Below are positions 28,528 through 40,663 of a stretch of DNA of 64,000 bases, piece after piece. Below the pieces are notes generated by a model, which saw nothing but the letters and a program-made list of their open reading frames with translations, made no database searches and was not told the DNA's origin. Every line of letters starts with the position of its first letter. Positions within the stretch are counted from its first letter, which is position 1. Where the stretch lies: the NCBI GenBank assembly GCA_020891255.1, contig BQFW01000003.1, forward strand, positions 62,001 through 126,000, given 5' to 3'. The position numbers and the translations under genes were made by a program. The stretch is from Entomortierella parvispora E1425 (Eukaryota > Fungi > Mortierellomycota).

Positions 28528-29628
28528 ATGCCCAGAGTAACCATGTGCACTTTTCACCTTTGCGCCATAGGACCGTCCGCCACTGCAGCACATAAATCTC
28601 TACATCATGACAAGGACAGGATAGCTCGCCTTCTATCTAGATGGGATGGCAACCTGAAGACGTTCTGCAGAACGGGCGAGTCGATGGAATATCACTGCTT
28701 GCATCCAAAATGCAACTTTTCTTCCAACACTGTAACGTCATCCCGCATGCACCATCACGGTTGCAAGTGGTATGTCAAGGAATCCCAAGAGGCCAGAAAG
28801 GCCAAGGGCAAGTCTGAAAACACGGCGCCATCTCTTTTTTCAGCCGTCCCCGGTGCAAGAGGTGCTGCCGCCACTTCCTTTGATCAGCATGTTCCTGAAG
28901 GGAGCCCACAGAGTAAGAGAATCTACCCTGCGTGCTTGACAGCTGCCTCTTGCTTCGATATCTAATCGGACCTCGTTTATAGGCCCCTCTCCCACCATTA
29001 ACACAGAAAAAGGTGAGAAGGATATCCCGAGCATGATTTCAACGTTTAGCAGGGTCAATAAGAATATGAATTTTTACGGATGAATTGACATTCAAACCCC
29101 CAATGATAGAGAAACAACCAAACCCAACTGCCCCCCAACCCAAAGTGCCTGAAGCAAGTCGGCGTTTTTGGTCTCCGGAGGACGCCATCGCCGCCGCCAC
29201 GAAGGCTGCATGCATCAGCAAGCTTGACAATCTCGAACAAAAAGTTGCTGCTGCATGTGACAACGTCCTCAAAGATTTCGAGCAAATTGTTACCAACGCT
29301 GTGAAAGCTGCATGTGATGGCATCCTCAAGGATCTCGAAGAAACCATTGCCGCCACTGCGAGGGCCGAATGCAACGCTATGTTCTTGGGTATCCGTCAAG
29401 GAATGGACAGTCTATCTGGCGAGATGCGTAGTCTCAAGGAAAATTCTTTCGAACTCACAAGACTCTTAGCGGATCTGGTTGGCTCACCTGCTGAAAGTCG
29501 TAAGTTATCAACCGAGCTGTGAGTGTATGTTTAGTCTGAGCACCATTGTTTCTAGCCTCTCTTTTTTTTTTTTTTTTTGCTTGTTTTATTGTACAGAACC
29601 CGAAATTCCAGGGGTCGGCGACGCCTGA
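28528..29628 (+). CDS. Orphan protein: N-terminal zinc-finger-like motifs and a C-terminal predicted coiled coil, probably 3 exons
   Basis: ORF 28528..28965 joins ORF 29085..29522 in phase through a GTAAG..TAG intron (28913..29109). It contains C-x4-C-x12-H-x3-C (CLHPKC NFSSNTVTSSRM HHHGC) and a heptad-like region (LDNLEQKVAAACDNVLKDFEQIV...). The last exon is uncertain. Confidence 0.55.
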
Positions 29629-30182
29629 TAAGATGAAGAGCACAATACACCAGTTGACAAGCTTGAGCTGTTGAATAAAGGAGGAATGATCGTTCTTTTG
29701 GCACGGAAAAGTGTTGGGTTCTCAGATTCAAGACAATCCAGTATCTGCGTTCTTTTCAGGGAAAAAAAAACAAGCCTATGGTGGGTGCTCGACCAGGAGA
29801 TTTTGGTATATGCGCGACTTTGAGTTTACTTGAGGAATGAAGGAACGAGGAGAGAAGGGAGAAAATGTGAAGACAAATGTTCAGATGTGTGTGTGTTTTT
29901 GTATCAGATTTGAGAGAAAGGCGAGAAAGCGTGTTGGCCCCGCCCATCAATTATTGCAATAGCCTCGTCAAATCCCATCTCGAACCTCTCTCTCGTAGCC
30001 AGGCGGTTCCATCGACCTCCCTGTTCGTGCCAATCGAACCCACTGCTTTTCAAATAAGCAGATCCAAAGTAGATTGTTGGTTCGTAAGAGAAAAAAGGAA
30101 TTGATAGACTTTATGGCATTCATTTTACGCGGTTCATTTGTCTTTCCCTAAAACCTGCTCGCCACCACCCTAGGAAACCAGC

Positions 30183-32675
30183 CTAGGTTGACGATCGGCG
30201 GATTGGTGGCACCCTCGTGCTAGATGCAGGCTCGGCTGATGCAGGCACCAAGGGAGATACCAAGGAAAGACTTTCAGGTAGTTCTGGAGCAGAAGGGCTA
30301 GTACTGAATACATTTGCTATAGTTGGCAACTGATCTTGATCTCTGGAAGGTGCGCGACTATCGGACCCTTGACATGGTGGCAAGGTCTGCCAAGAACTGG
30401 ATGCCGACTCTCTCGCGCTTGGTTCGACAGGCGTAGAGCATGGAGGCCTTGGGTACCGAGAATAAGATCCGGAGGAAATTTTATCGCCATAAAAGATCTG
30501 ACCATGTGCAGATGGACCAGCAGAGGAGGCATGATGATGATGACCATGACTATGGAATGCATCGTCGCGTGCAGCATGTGTTGGTAGGTAGGGATGTGCG
30601 GACTGATATGGAGCTCCATACGGGGCATCACCATGTGCAAAAGAAGCGAAATGGGTGACTGGGGCATGCATGTACCTCAACGAACGCTCGTATCCGTGGC
30701 GAGTTGTCCATCTGTCGAAACAATTGCAAGGGTGTCCAGCCCAGAATCCGGTCCAAAATCCAATGTCGTAACCAACCTGTGCTGTCCAAAGCTGACTACT
30801 GCTGAACATCATCAACTGAACGGCTGCGGCAATGTCATCCGGGGCCCAATCATCCATACGAATCCCGCTGTTAACCTTAAGTTTAGGTATCTGACAGTTG
30901 AAACAAATGTCCATGGCCAACCTGGACCACAATTCCCAGTTGTCGTTTCTCAATACGGGTTGACTGCTACGCGAGTAAAAGTACCCTCGGTGTTCTTCCC
31001 GTTGTTCCTCTTCATCATCTTCAGATGGATGGTGTTGTTGGTCGTCCTCTTTCTCGCGTTCACTTCCGCTGTCTTCGATGGTAGAGGGACATCTACGGGG
31101 CCGTCTTGAAGACGAGGACCTCTGGGCACGAGCATTCAAAGTTGAGGATGATCCATATCCTGCTCCAAGCACAGACACTGGCTTTGGCTCTGGTCCTACG
31201 CGTCGTCTTTTCCTTGGCTGTGAAGTTGTTGTTGATGCTGCCGTTTCAATTGTTGCGGTCGCCTTGGTCGCATTCCGGCGCATCTTCGTGTCAGAGACAT
31301 GTCCAACATCAGCTTCGGTTTTTGGTGTTTTGGTACCCGTTGTTCGTGCAGGCTGTTTTCGATTCAATGGTTGCGTCCGGGTGACGGTGGCAGCGCTTGC
31401 GCTGGTGGCTGGCGCTATGGATCGCTTTCCTGTTACTTTTTTATGGGATATGCTGACTGATGGCTGAGCTTTGACAGTAGCACGCGCCTTTCGCGGTTGA
31501 GTTGTCTTGTTTGGGACTGCTGTGGTCGGTACTGGCGTGGAGGTTTCCAGGTGATCATTCTTGCTCGCGACCACAGAGCCATTGCCCAGCGTTTGCTGCC
31601 CCTCCGACAGAATAGCGCCACTAACCTCCTGGTGGTCCTTGCCCTCGCCGTCATTGTCATTACGACGTCGCTTCCCATTGTTCTTTGGGGTCGACGGGTT
31701 GGTGACTGTGGATGGCGAAGAGAAGGGCGAAGAGTCGGCGGAATCCACATCACCACTTGTATTCGTGCTGGATTCCTCCTGCAGCGGTACATCTTTTTTC
31801 TGCTGTTGTTGTTGTTGCTGCTTCCGAGATTGCTTCCGTTGTGGAGTTTGATCCTTTTTCTTGGAGGGTCGACGGAGTGCCGCAGCGCTTGTGGTCGTTA
31901 AAGTCGCTGTGGCAGACAGTTCTGCACTGGTTGTTGCCAAACTGCTGCTGCTGCTACCACCGGCACTGCTGCCGCCGAATGCTGTCGCCGTCACTAGAGA
32001 TTCAAGTATATTGTTGTAGTTCACTTTGGAGGTCCTAGCAGTTATCCCAACATGAGCTTTGGACAATGATCCGTCGATGTCGGTTTCGTTGAACAATATC
32101 CCTCCAGGGGCACAGGCTTGTTTGCCAGATCGAATGGTGGTTGTCCTGTCAAAAGGTGCCAACGCATTTTCAGAGGGCGCGACGGTGTCAGAGGTGGGAT
32201 CGGCTTGTTCGGGTGTCTCGGGGATAGAGAGAAAAGATGATGTCTCCATGGAGGTAAGGGCCATTGCTTGAGAGGGCATCTCTTCAGTGGCAGTCTGAGC
32301 TGGCCTGGAAGATGCTTCAGAGACTCTTGTTCGTTTGGGCAGAGGTGGATCGACAGGAGGGGGAGCAGTAGCGGCTCGACGACGACCACCACGGATGTTT
32401 GCAGGCAGGGTAGGGTTATCGTTCAGGGGATTGGAAGGTGTGGTCAGCAGCGGTTCAAGGGATGTTGAGGAAGCGGGAAGGGAAGAAGATTGTGATGACG
32501 AAGGAGGAGGAGGAGGAGGAGGAGGAGGAGGAGGAGGAGGAGAGAGCTCGGTTGGGGTGGTCACTGTTTTTAATGGAGTCGATATAGCAGCAACGGCAGC
32601 AGCAGCGGCAGCGGCGGCAGAGGCAGAGGATCGTGTGGTCCGCTTTTGACGGTCTGTGGGGGGTGCACGAGGCAT
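30183..32675 (-). CDS. Intronless, largely disordered low-complexity protein of unknown function (about 830 aa from MPRAPP)
   Basis: Uninterrupted 879-codon ORF (30183..32822) with poly-A/P/Q tracts, basic NLS-like clusters (PRKRRR, KRRRN) and one ordered-looking aromatic/Cys segment. Confidence 0.75.
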   Translation of the reverse strand: MPRAPPTDRQKRTTRSSASAAAAAAAAVAAISTPLKTVTTPTELSPPPPPPPPPPPPPSSSQSSSLPASSTSLEPLLTTPSNPLNDNPTLPANIRGGRRRAATAPPPVDPPLPKRTRVSEASSRPAQTATEEMPSQAMALTSMETSSFLSIPETPEQADPTSDTVAPSENALAPFDRTTTIRSGKQACAPGGILFNETDIDGSLSKAHVGITARTSKVNYNNILESLVTATAFGGSSAGGSSSSSLATTSAELSATATLTTTSAAALRRPSKKKDQTPQRKQSRKQQQQQQQKKDVPLQEESSTNTSGDVDSADSSPFSSPSTVTNPSTPKNNGKRRRNDNDGEGKDHQEVSGAILSEGQQTLGNGSVVASKNDHLETSTPVPTTAVPNKTTQPRKARATVKAQPSVSISHKKVTGKRSIAPATSASAATVTRTQPLNRKQPARTTGTKTPKTEADVGHVSDTKMRRNATKATATIETAASTTTSQPRKRRRVGPEPKPVSVLGAGYGSSSTLNARAQRSSSSRRPRRCPSTIEDSGSEREKEDDQQHHPSEDDEEEQREEHRGYFYSRSSQPVLRNDNWELWSRLAMDICFNCQIPKLKVNSGIRMDDWAPDDIAAAVQLMMFSSSQLWTAQVGYDIGFWTGFWAGHPCNCFDRWTTRHGYERSLRYMHAPVTHFASFAHGDAPYGAPYQSAHPYLPTHAARDDAFHSHGHHHHASSAGPSAHGQIFYGDKISSGSYSRYPRPPCSTPVEPSARESASSSWQTLPPCQGSDSRAPSRDQDQLPTIANVFSTSPSAPELPESLSLVSPLVPASAEPASSTRVPPIRRSST
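32503..32541 (+). repeat. (GGA)n trinucleotide run encoding poly-Pro on the minus strand
   Basis: About 13 consecutive gga units are visible. Confidence 0.9.
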
Positions 32676-33122
32676 GATGACAAGGCTGATTGATTCTTTC
32701 TTTCTTTTTGTTCTTCGGGCAATGTGGACGAGGGCAGAGGGGAGTTGGATGAAGAAAGGTGAACGGAAAGAGAGGTGGGATGGATTCAGCGCCTTTTTAA
32801 ACAAAAGACGAGGCAACGGCATGATTGTCGCAACAGCATTGAGAATTGATCAGGGAATACGACAGAGAGAAGGAGTGCATCTTCAAGACAAAGGCTGGCA
32901 GAGAGCAACCAAAGACAGAAAAGCATGCCAACAACACGCCATCCTCATCCAATGCACCACCGCACCACCGCACCATTGTGCGAGATCGTGGACATTCCGT
33001 CAATTTCCCGGTGCAGGGTCAAAGAGCCAGCAAAGATGTGGAGAGTGGAGAGAAAGACTTTATTTGGGAAATTCACGACAATGCTGTGGTTTCTTTGTCA
33101 ATGTTTTTTTTTCTGCTTTTCA

Positions 33123-36100
33123 TCAGGGTCGATAAGCTGTCAAGTTGGCCAGTGATGGCAAGTCCATGCGTTGTTCTCCTCGTTCAAGTTTGTATTGGAT
33201 TTCTTCGCCTGGAGCATAGACCAACCCACTCACGCGGGCCTTGGCCGTTGCACTGTCTAGGACCGCACCATCCGTGGCGCAGATGATACCAAGTTGTGCA
33301 AGCTTGTTAATCTCGGCCTGCATCAGTCCCCTCTCATCCATTGGCAACCAGACGGGCTTTTGTTCGTTGTAGATGGCGGGATGGCAGTACGCCTGGTCCT
33401 GTAACATCTCAAGCTCGGAATCTTTTTGCTGTGCCTCTGCTCGGCGATCCAATTCCTCCTGTGTTTGCATATGATGGTGGTACTCGGAGGCTTCAGCATT
33501 ATACGCGGCGGGCCGATCCACAAAAGATGCGGGTCGACTGGTATTGTAGGAGGACGACCGATTCAAAAACGATACTGGTCGATCCAACCTCGGCATATCA
33601 TCCTCGTGATACGGGTGTGAAGGCTGGCGTGGCAGCAAGTACCGAGAGCCGACACTATCGGCCCCTTGCTGCGTTTGATAGAACCCTTTGGGATGCTGCA
33701 GTGGGTCCTGGGCTGACATTGTTGGAGGGGAGCCTGGTGTTGCTGTAAAGTCGTGGGGATTTGAATAGCCGCCGTACTCATCCTTGTAGTCACCATGTCC
33801 ACCGCGATTCCGTAGTTGTGGGTGGTTGTCTTCAGGGACCTCAACCCGATCCGAAGTGAGGTTGCGCCGAGAGAGATTGTCCAACGACATTGCCAGGCCA
33901 TCGTCCTGTACTCCTCCGAACTCAATATCGGGTATTTTGCCATCAGTCTTTTTTTCATTGCCGTCTGTCACCACTCCATCCGCATCCATATGTAGGTCCT
34001 TGGAGAAAAGGGCCACAGGCAAGAACGTGACCAATGGATCGAAGGCCTCGTTCATATTGGTGAGCGAGAGCACGGTGATACCGATCAAGATGAAGAGGAG
34101 CACCAGCTGTGGAGTGGCGTTCAGCTGTCCAGACTTTAACAAGAAGATCCCGAACAAAAGGATCTGCGAGATAAAGATTCCTGTATAGACCTGTTTCACA
34201 GCCTTGGGGAAGGCCAGTCCTCCAGTTTCGTTCGGTTGGTGATAGACATAGAGGAATTGGTGGCGATAGACGAAGTAGTTGAGAGTAAAATAGAAGGTGA
34301 CGAAAGGCACCACCAGAGGGGCCACGGTTGAATACAAGATCCCAATACAAAACATGAGAGTCTGCTGAGGAAAGATGATGCCATAGTGGACGGACTGGAG
34401 TCGACCCTGCACATCCCAGATCTGCCGAGGACTTTTGGCCAATAATTGAGTGTACAAGATGTTGAGCAACAAAGGCACAATTTGCATCTAGGGTCAAAGA
34501 GAGTTTTCATTAATCACCATGGTCGGTCCTACAGGCGGTGCAACCAGAGTCAAAGCAGTCAACATACCAGTTCGAGTACAGGTCCAACGAATGCTCGAAA
34601 GATAACGTATGTGATAAAGAAGGTAGAGGCCAAGGGCAGCTTGTTGCTCACCAATTGAATGATAGAGTCAAAAGTAAAGCCTGTGACCTTGAGATCCTCA
34701 ACAGCCTGGAGAATTCCGCCAGTGAGAGTCGAAATGAGGAGGACGTTGACAACGAGAAAGAAAAAGTACTTTGACATGACCGAGAGAGTAATGTTGCTTT
34801 GGCGGACGTGACCCTCGTAGGTTGACATCATGATCAGTAGGACGGGCAAAAGAGCCATCAGACCCGCAAGGAGGATTGGAGGCAGAACACCCTGAATGAT
34901 GGCTAAGAGCCAGGGCGGAAAGTTCTCCAAGAAAACCAGGAAAGGAAAGGTATGAACGATCTGCCTGATTGTTGCCAAGGACGATACAACAAAGGTGGGA
35001 ATGGTCCAGAGTAAAATCATGGCGGTCGTCAGAGCAAAAATGATCAAGTGGCGCCCTTTCCGGATGACAGTGTTCAGATTCATGTTGTCCCAAACGACCT
35101 CCAAGGGTGAGATCTCAGAGTACATGGGTGCCATTCGGAAGGGCTTTGGGTGGACCACTGTCTGTACTGCACTGTGGGCAGCAAATTGGCTCCTGAACTG
35201 GATAAAGGCCGAGTTGAGAGAGGTGACAGTTCCTGACTGCTGCGAGTGCCGAATCTCCTGGTTCAGTTGGCACAGTTTGTCGGTATAAAAGTCGACGAGA
35301 TCAACCTTCTCTCCTTTGTAGGGGATCGACGAGGTCCTGCCAATGGGTCTTACAGGTCCCGTAGCCTTCTTCTTGTATGCAGATCGGATGTAGTTGTACT
35401 CTGCCATCTCCAGCTTGGTGACGACTTCATCCCGCTCGCGGCACAACTTCAAAAGATTCTTTGGATTTCTGAAGAGGACGAAATGTAAAACAAAGATGGT
35501 CATGATTGGTTGCCAGTGACATCCAGGGCACCCATGTTTCTGAAATAGTCAGGTAGAGAGATACGTACCGATTGAGCCATACTTTAGCAACGCCGCCTGG
35601 GAATCTATTAAAGATGTTGTACATGGCTTCCTCCGTATTCAATCCTTTTGGGATAGCTGTGACGAGAATGGTGGTCGCCTGTGGCGTTTTGATGTGTTTC
35701 TCGCTCATCAGGAATGCGTGTCTCCGTCTGGTGTACTCGCGCATCTCACGCCACAAAAGGATAATAGCCGAGACTACAATGGTCACCATGTCAACGGAAT
35801 ACCAAGGAGTTAGATGGACTGATCTTGTTTCCTTTTAGACCTCCGTTATGAGAACAGGATCACAACAACACTTACAAGAAAAGATGTAGGTTAAAGTCAG
35901 GTGGAACCAAAGGCGCCAACCAGCCTGGACATTTCCGATCGTCATGCTACCAAGTCCGCTGTCCCCTACTCCGCCGACCACGTTTAGAGGAACAAGGATG
36001 GGCAGAGAGAGGAGAGAGCAGCCCGCAAAGAAGAAGCTAACCAAAGCGAGAGAGGCAAGGGCAGGTCAGTGGGCAGGTCAGTGGGGATGCTCTCTGTGGC

Positions 36101-36691
36101 GCTGCATGTGTGTGTCACCACAGGAACACGAAAACCGGGCAGAGGTTGCCTTGCATCATCGCGGTGACACAAAGAAGCAACTGGTCCATCATCGTTATCA
36201 ATTTCATCTCCAGAGCAGAACTTACGCACTCATACGAAGGAAACGCAAAAACATGTACGCATCCAAGCCAACCCTGTCCAGCAACTCTGTGTCCTTGACC
36301 TTGAACGAAGCGGTGATCCAACTGAAAGCGCCAGGAGGTAGTTCTGGTGAACGAATGCTTTGAAGGGGGAATGAGAGAGAACAGAGTTAGATAGACAATA
36401 CACCATTACAACATGCTTTGGTCACGGCCCGCATGGAGTACAAATCACACGGGTTGAGGGACAAGGCAAAACATACTCCTTGTTGACGAGGTACGTTCTC
36501 GGCTGGTAGATCTTTTTGGACCAGTGCCGGACAACACAAAAGGCGGCAAAGAGCCCTGCTCCGAGGGCAGCGTTGAAAAGCAAGGCCGAGGTGAAGGCCT
36601 TGATGGAGTTGTCGACTGTCAGCTGGGGATCATCGATCTTTGGCTTTGTAGTGTTGTTGATGGCGTCGGTGTCGCCAAAGACGAGATCCAT
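33123..36691 (-). CDS. OSCA/TMEM63 (CSC1/RSN1/PHM7) calcium-permeable stress-gated channel, multi-exon
   Basis: FTSALLFNAALG...KKIYQPRTYL, ILVPLNV, TTILVTAIP, SAFIQF, P.EVVWDNM, LPLASTFFITYV, YG..FP, APLVVPF and YRHQFLYVY...ETGGLAFP. Confidence 0.93.
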
Positions 36692-37504
36692 GTTTGGTTT
36701 CTTCGTTGCGAGTGCTCGCTCTCCTGGGTTTGTTTGCAATCGCCGTTGTAAAAAGAAAAAAAGGGAGCTGTGCCTGGGCGAAGTCCAGAGTGGCTATGTT
36801 CCTGAGAATGTGAGTACGAGAGAGAGAGAGAGAGAGAGAAAGAGAGATCGGACTAGATGAGGGGAGTGAAAGGGTGGGGGAATGAGGGAATGAGGGAATG
36901 ACGGAATGGGACAAGATGGAGGAAGAGGAGGGGAGCCAAGAGAGAGAAAGAAAGAGAGACAGAGAGAGAGAGACAGAGAGAGAGAGAGGGAGCGGAAAAG
37001 AAGGGAGAAGGAACGGAGGAAGGACGAAGCACTGGCCATCCATCTTATCCCAGGCAATCATATCGTGTAAGCAGATATGCCTGGGAGTAGCGTGACAGTG
37101 TGATTGGGAGAAAGGCAGCAGGTTCCTTTGGACATGACGACAATGCAGGGCGGGCTAAAGTGTTGTTTGGTGGCGGAGATTGCTTCTTGGGTCTCTCTTT
37201 TCTTTGCTTCTGTCCCTTTCTTGATCCTTGTCGCTCTTTTTTTTTTTTTTTTTTTTAGGTCTCTTCTGGGTCTCTCTTTCTCTCTCTCTCTGTTACCCCT
37301 GGGCTGTAGTCTGTCGTCTGTCTACTTGTTGCCTTTGAGCATGTGTATGTACGTACCCCTTGCACCCTCATTCATTCACTCCTTATTAATTAAAGTGTTG
37401 CATCAAAAAGTATCTTCGAAAATGTGGAGGATGAATGATTATTATTATACAAGTTGGGGAATCAGTGTCGATCTATCTATCTGTCGAATGCAAGATTGGG
37501 TTGT

Positions 37505-40500
37505 TTACTGCTGGACCTTGGAGAAGTAAGGAGTCATGAACTCAAAGAAGGCAAACTGGCTGGGCTCAGTGCCGTATCTGTACACGAAGCGCGAGGCCAA
37601 GTACGAGCCAAAGATGGCACGAACATAGTTCTCGGGAACACGCTGCATCAAGGTGTCCAATCCAACCTGCTTCAACAACATGTTGGGGAAGGCCTCCTCC
37701 AAGACAACCTTGCGAAGGGCCAAGTTATCCCAGAGCGAGGTGTGCTGCAAGTTCTCGTTCAACTTCACAATGGCCAAGGACAAGTCATCGGACAAGATCG
37801 AGCGAGGGGTCTTGGTGCGCTGGTGCTCGCGCCACAAGGCCTCAAACTCGAGCTGGGCGTTGCGCTCAATGATGGTCTGGACCTCCTTGACGTACTCCTG
37901 GTAGAAGGCGGGGATGTGATCGGCAGTGACCTGCATGTGCTCAGCAAACTCCTCATCGTTGAAGGACAAGGCAGCCAAGACCTCGAGGGAGGAAGAGGTC
38001 ACACCACCCTTGTTGGCAGAGGCATCCTTGAAGACAACAGCGCCGGCACGCTCCAAGCGGAGACGAGCCTCCTGAGTAAAGAACAAGTTGGCACCCTCAA
38101 CAATGTACTTGAAGCGGGGGTGGTTCTCGGCATCCAAAAGACGGCCAACGTTCTGGAGATCGACAGACTCGGGACGACCACCGCAGGGCACAAAGACCTC
38201 GCAGTTGACCATCGAGTTCAAGTGGAAGTTGTTACGGAAAGACAAACCGTCATCGATGACCTCACCGGAAGGCAACTTGACGTTGACCTCATCGACCAGC
38301 ACACGGAATCCCTTGGGCGAGAGCTTGGAGGTGTCGAAGTTGGAGATCATCAAACGGTTCTCGGCCAAGCGCTGCAACTCGGAGCGGTCAATGCCCTCAG
38401 CATCGTACAAAACTCCGGATCCATCAACGATACCGCAGGTCTTGTCCGTGGAGATCTTGATTTCGTTCGATCCCAAATCACCATCGGGTCCTCCGGTCTG
38501 GAGCTTGGTGCAGTTCTCCTCCTTGAGTCCCAACTTGCGGTAGATACCGAGGACATACTGGTGGACAGAGCGGGTGGTCATACCATAGGTGTCGTGGGGA
38601 ATACCACCCAAAGCCTGGGACTTTCCGGTGGTGAAGGCCTTCCAGAAGGAAGCACCGCGCTCACGAGCGTGAGCAGAGGCCCAGTCCATGTAGTCGGCAG
38701 TACCCTCATCAGGGCCAAAGAAGAGAATCTCGGGCTTCTTGTAGAGATCAACGATGCGCTCCTTGATGCCGGGGGTCTCGCCCAAGATCAAGAGATCCAA
38801 GACAGCGTCGACGTACTTCTCAAAGGCAACCAAGGCCTTGTCCTGCTGGTTGACATCCAAGAGAATGGTACCCTTGGAACCGCCCTCGGGAATATCCTTG
38901 TTCTTGCGCTGCTGGGTGGCGGCAAGAGCATAGTTCTCATCGAAAAGGGAGCGCAAGTTGATGGAGTAGGCCTCTCTGTTACGGGAGCGGATGATACGGA
39001 TACCACCACGGGCAACATCACGGAAACGCAAGTGGAAACCACGGAACTCGGAACCAATGACGAGGAACATACCAAAGAGCTTGGTGGGGTACTCAATCTC
39101 GGGCAAGAAAGCGGGGTCCATGCGGAAGGAAAGAGCAACCTTGGTGGGCTGGTAAAAGTTGGTCTTCAAGACGTGCTTGTTGAAGATCAAGAAGGACTCG
39201 AACACCATGAGCTCGTGCGAGTTGGAGGTGGTGCGCTTGATCTTGTCGTAGAGCTCCTCATCAGTCAAGACGGTGTCGGTGCGGAGACGCTGGTACGACA
39301 AAGTGGGCTGGAGCGAGTTGACGGAGGGGTTGACATAGTGGATCATAGCAAAGTTGATGTAAAGCAACTTGACGAGCTCGGGGTAGGTCTTGATGATCTC
39401 GAGAATGTAATCACGGGTGAAGGTGTCGGTACGGAGACGCTTCTTCATCTTGGAGAGAACATCCTGGTGGGTCGAGTTGGTGGTGTCGAGGATGTTGACG
39501 AGGGAGGTGTACTCGGATCCGAGACGGTTCAAGAAGTGCTGGGCAAAGATCCATCCAACGTAACCGTAGATCGACTCCTGGACGGACAACTTGTTGGTCT
39601 GGAAGAAGCTCTGGAGAGGAGTAGTGGGCAAGCAGTAGATCAAAGAGGCCTCCTTGATGATCTGGTGGATCGAGTGCTCAATTGGGGGAGCAGTCGACTT
39701 GGGGATCTGGTTCAAGTAGAGCGAAACGACGGTGATGCCGTTGGAGAATTGCTCGACGTACTTGCGGGTCGAGTACAAGTCGTAGTAATGGTACAAATCA
39801 GAGATGGCAGAGAAGAAGGACTGGGTGGTCTGCTGCTTGTAGGCAATGACGAGGCGACGCTCGCGGGAACCCTCAACCTCAAACATCTCAATGACGGGTC
39901 CAGTGCGGCTGAGGGCAGTCTTCATGACATCAGCGTAGATCTCGAGGGTGTTCTCGGTGGCCTTCTCGAGGAAGGACTTGTCAGCGGTCTGACGGATATC
40001 AGCCTCCTGCTCCTTGGTGGGCTTGGGGTTCACGAACGAGCACTCGCGGACAAAGTAGGTACGGAGCTGGGTCGAGGAAGAGGAAGAGACAGTTCCCTTG
40101 GAGCGGTAAGACTCCAAACGGTAGGCGCGCTCAGTGTTGCTGACGTCCAAGTACTTGGCATCGATTCTCTTCTCGTGCTGGGGTCCGTGAATCTGGGAGA
40201 CACCGGGGCGGGAAGTGTGGATGTAAACGGCGCCCTCATCAGTCTCGCGCTCCAAGTTGATGTCGAGACCGTTGTCGTTCTTGGTGTAGGCAAAGATCTT
40301 GGCACCGTAGAGAGCCATGATGTGGTTGGCAATGGACTCGACGGACTCGGAGGCAAAGTACATGTCGTCAATGCCGAGGTTTCTGTGAAATAAGAGGGAA
40401 AAAAATCCAACTTTTTCGTCAGTTTTGCGACATTTTTTTTTTTTTTTTTTTTTGGTCCTGCTGTGCAATTGATCCGTCATTTTTCAGGAACTGAATTCTT

Positions 40501-40663
40501 ACCCGTAGAACCAAGAGACTTCGTTCTGGGCCAAAGCAGCGGGAATGAAGGCCTTCTCGCTCAGGTACTCGGTGACCTGGAGCATCTGCTCCTCCTTGCC
40601 AGGGAAGGCATTCTCGATGTAGCCGGGGGTGTCCTTGATGGTGTGAGCTTCGTGCGACAACAT
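37505..40663 (-). CDS. GDH2: NAD-specific glutamate dehydrogenase (large fungal type), 2 exons
   Basis: Exon 1 reads MLSHEAH...EVSWFYG and is followed by an intron at 40386..40502. Then come NLGIDDMYF, FRDVARGGIRII, QQRKNKDIPEGGSKG, FFGPDEGTA, QTGGPDGDLGSNE, VEGANLF and KDASANKGGVTSSSLEV. Codon usage is strongly C-ending. Confidence 0.97.

Noticed and set aside
37454-40393. 979-aa + strand ORF exactly antisense to GDH2
   Set aside because: It is a shadow ORF in codon register with GDH2. The highly biased sense gene avoids TTA/CTA/TCA codons, so the antisense frame has no stops. It ends where the GDH2 exon ends and has no recognisable motifs.
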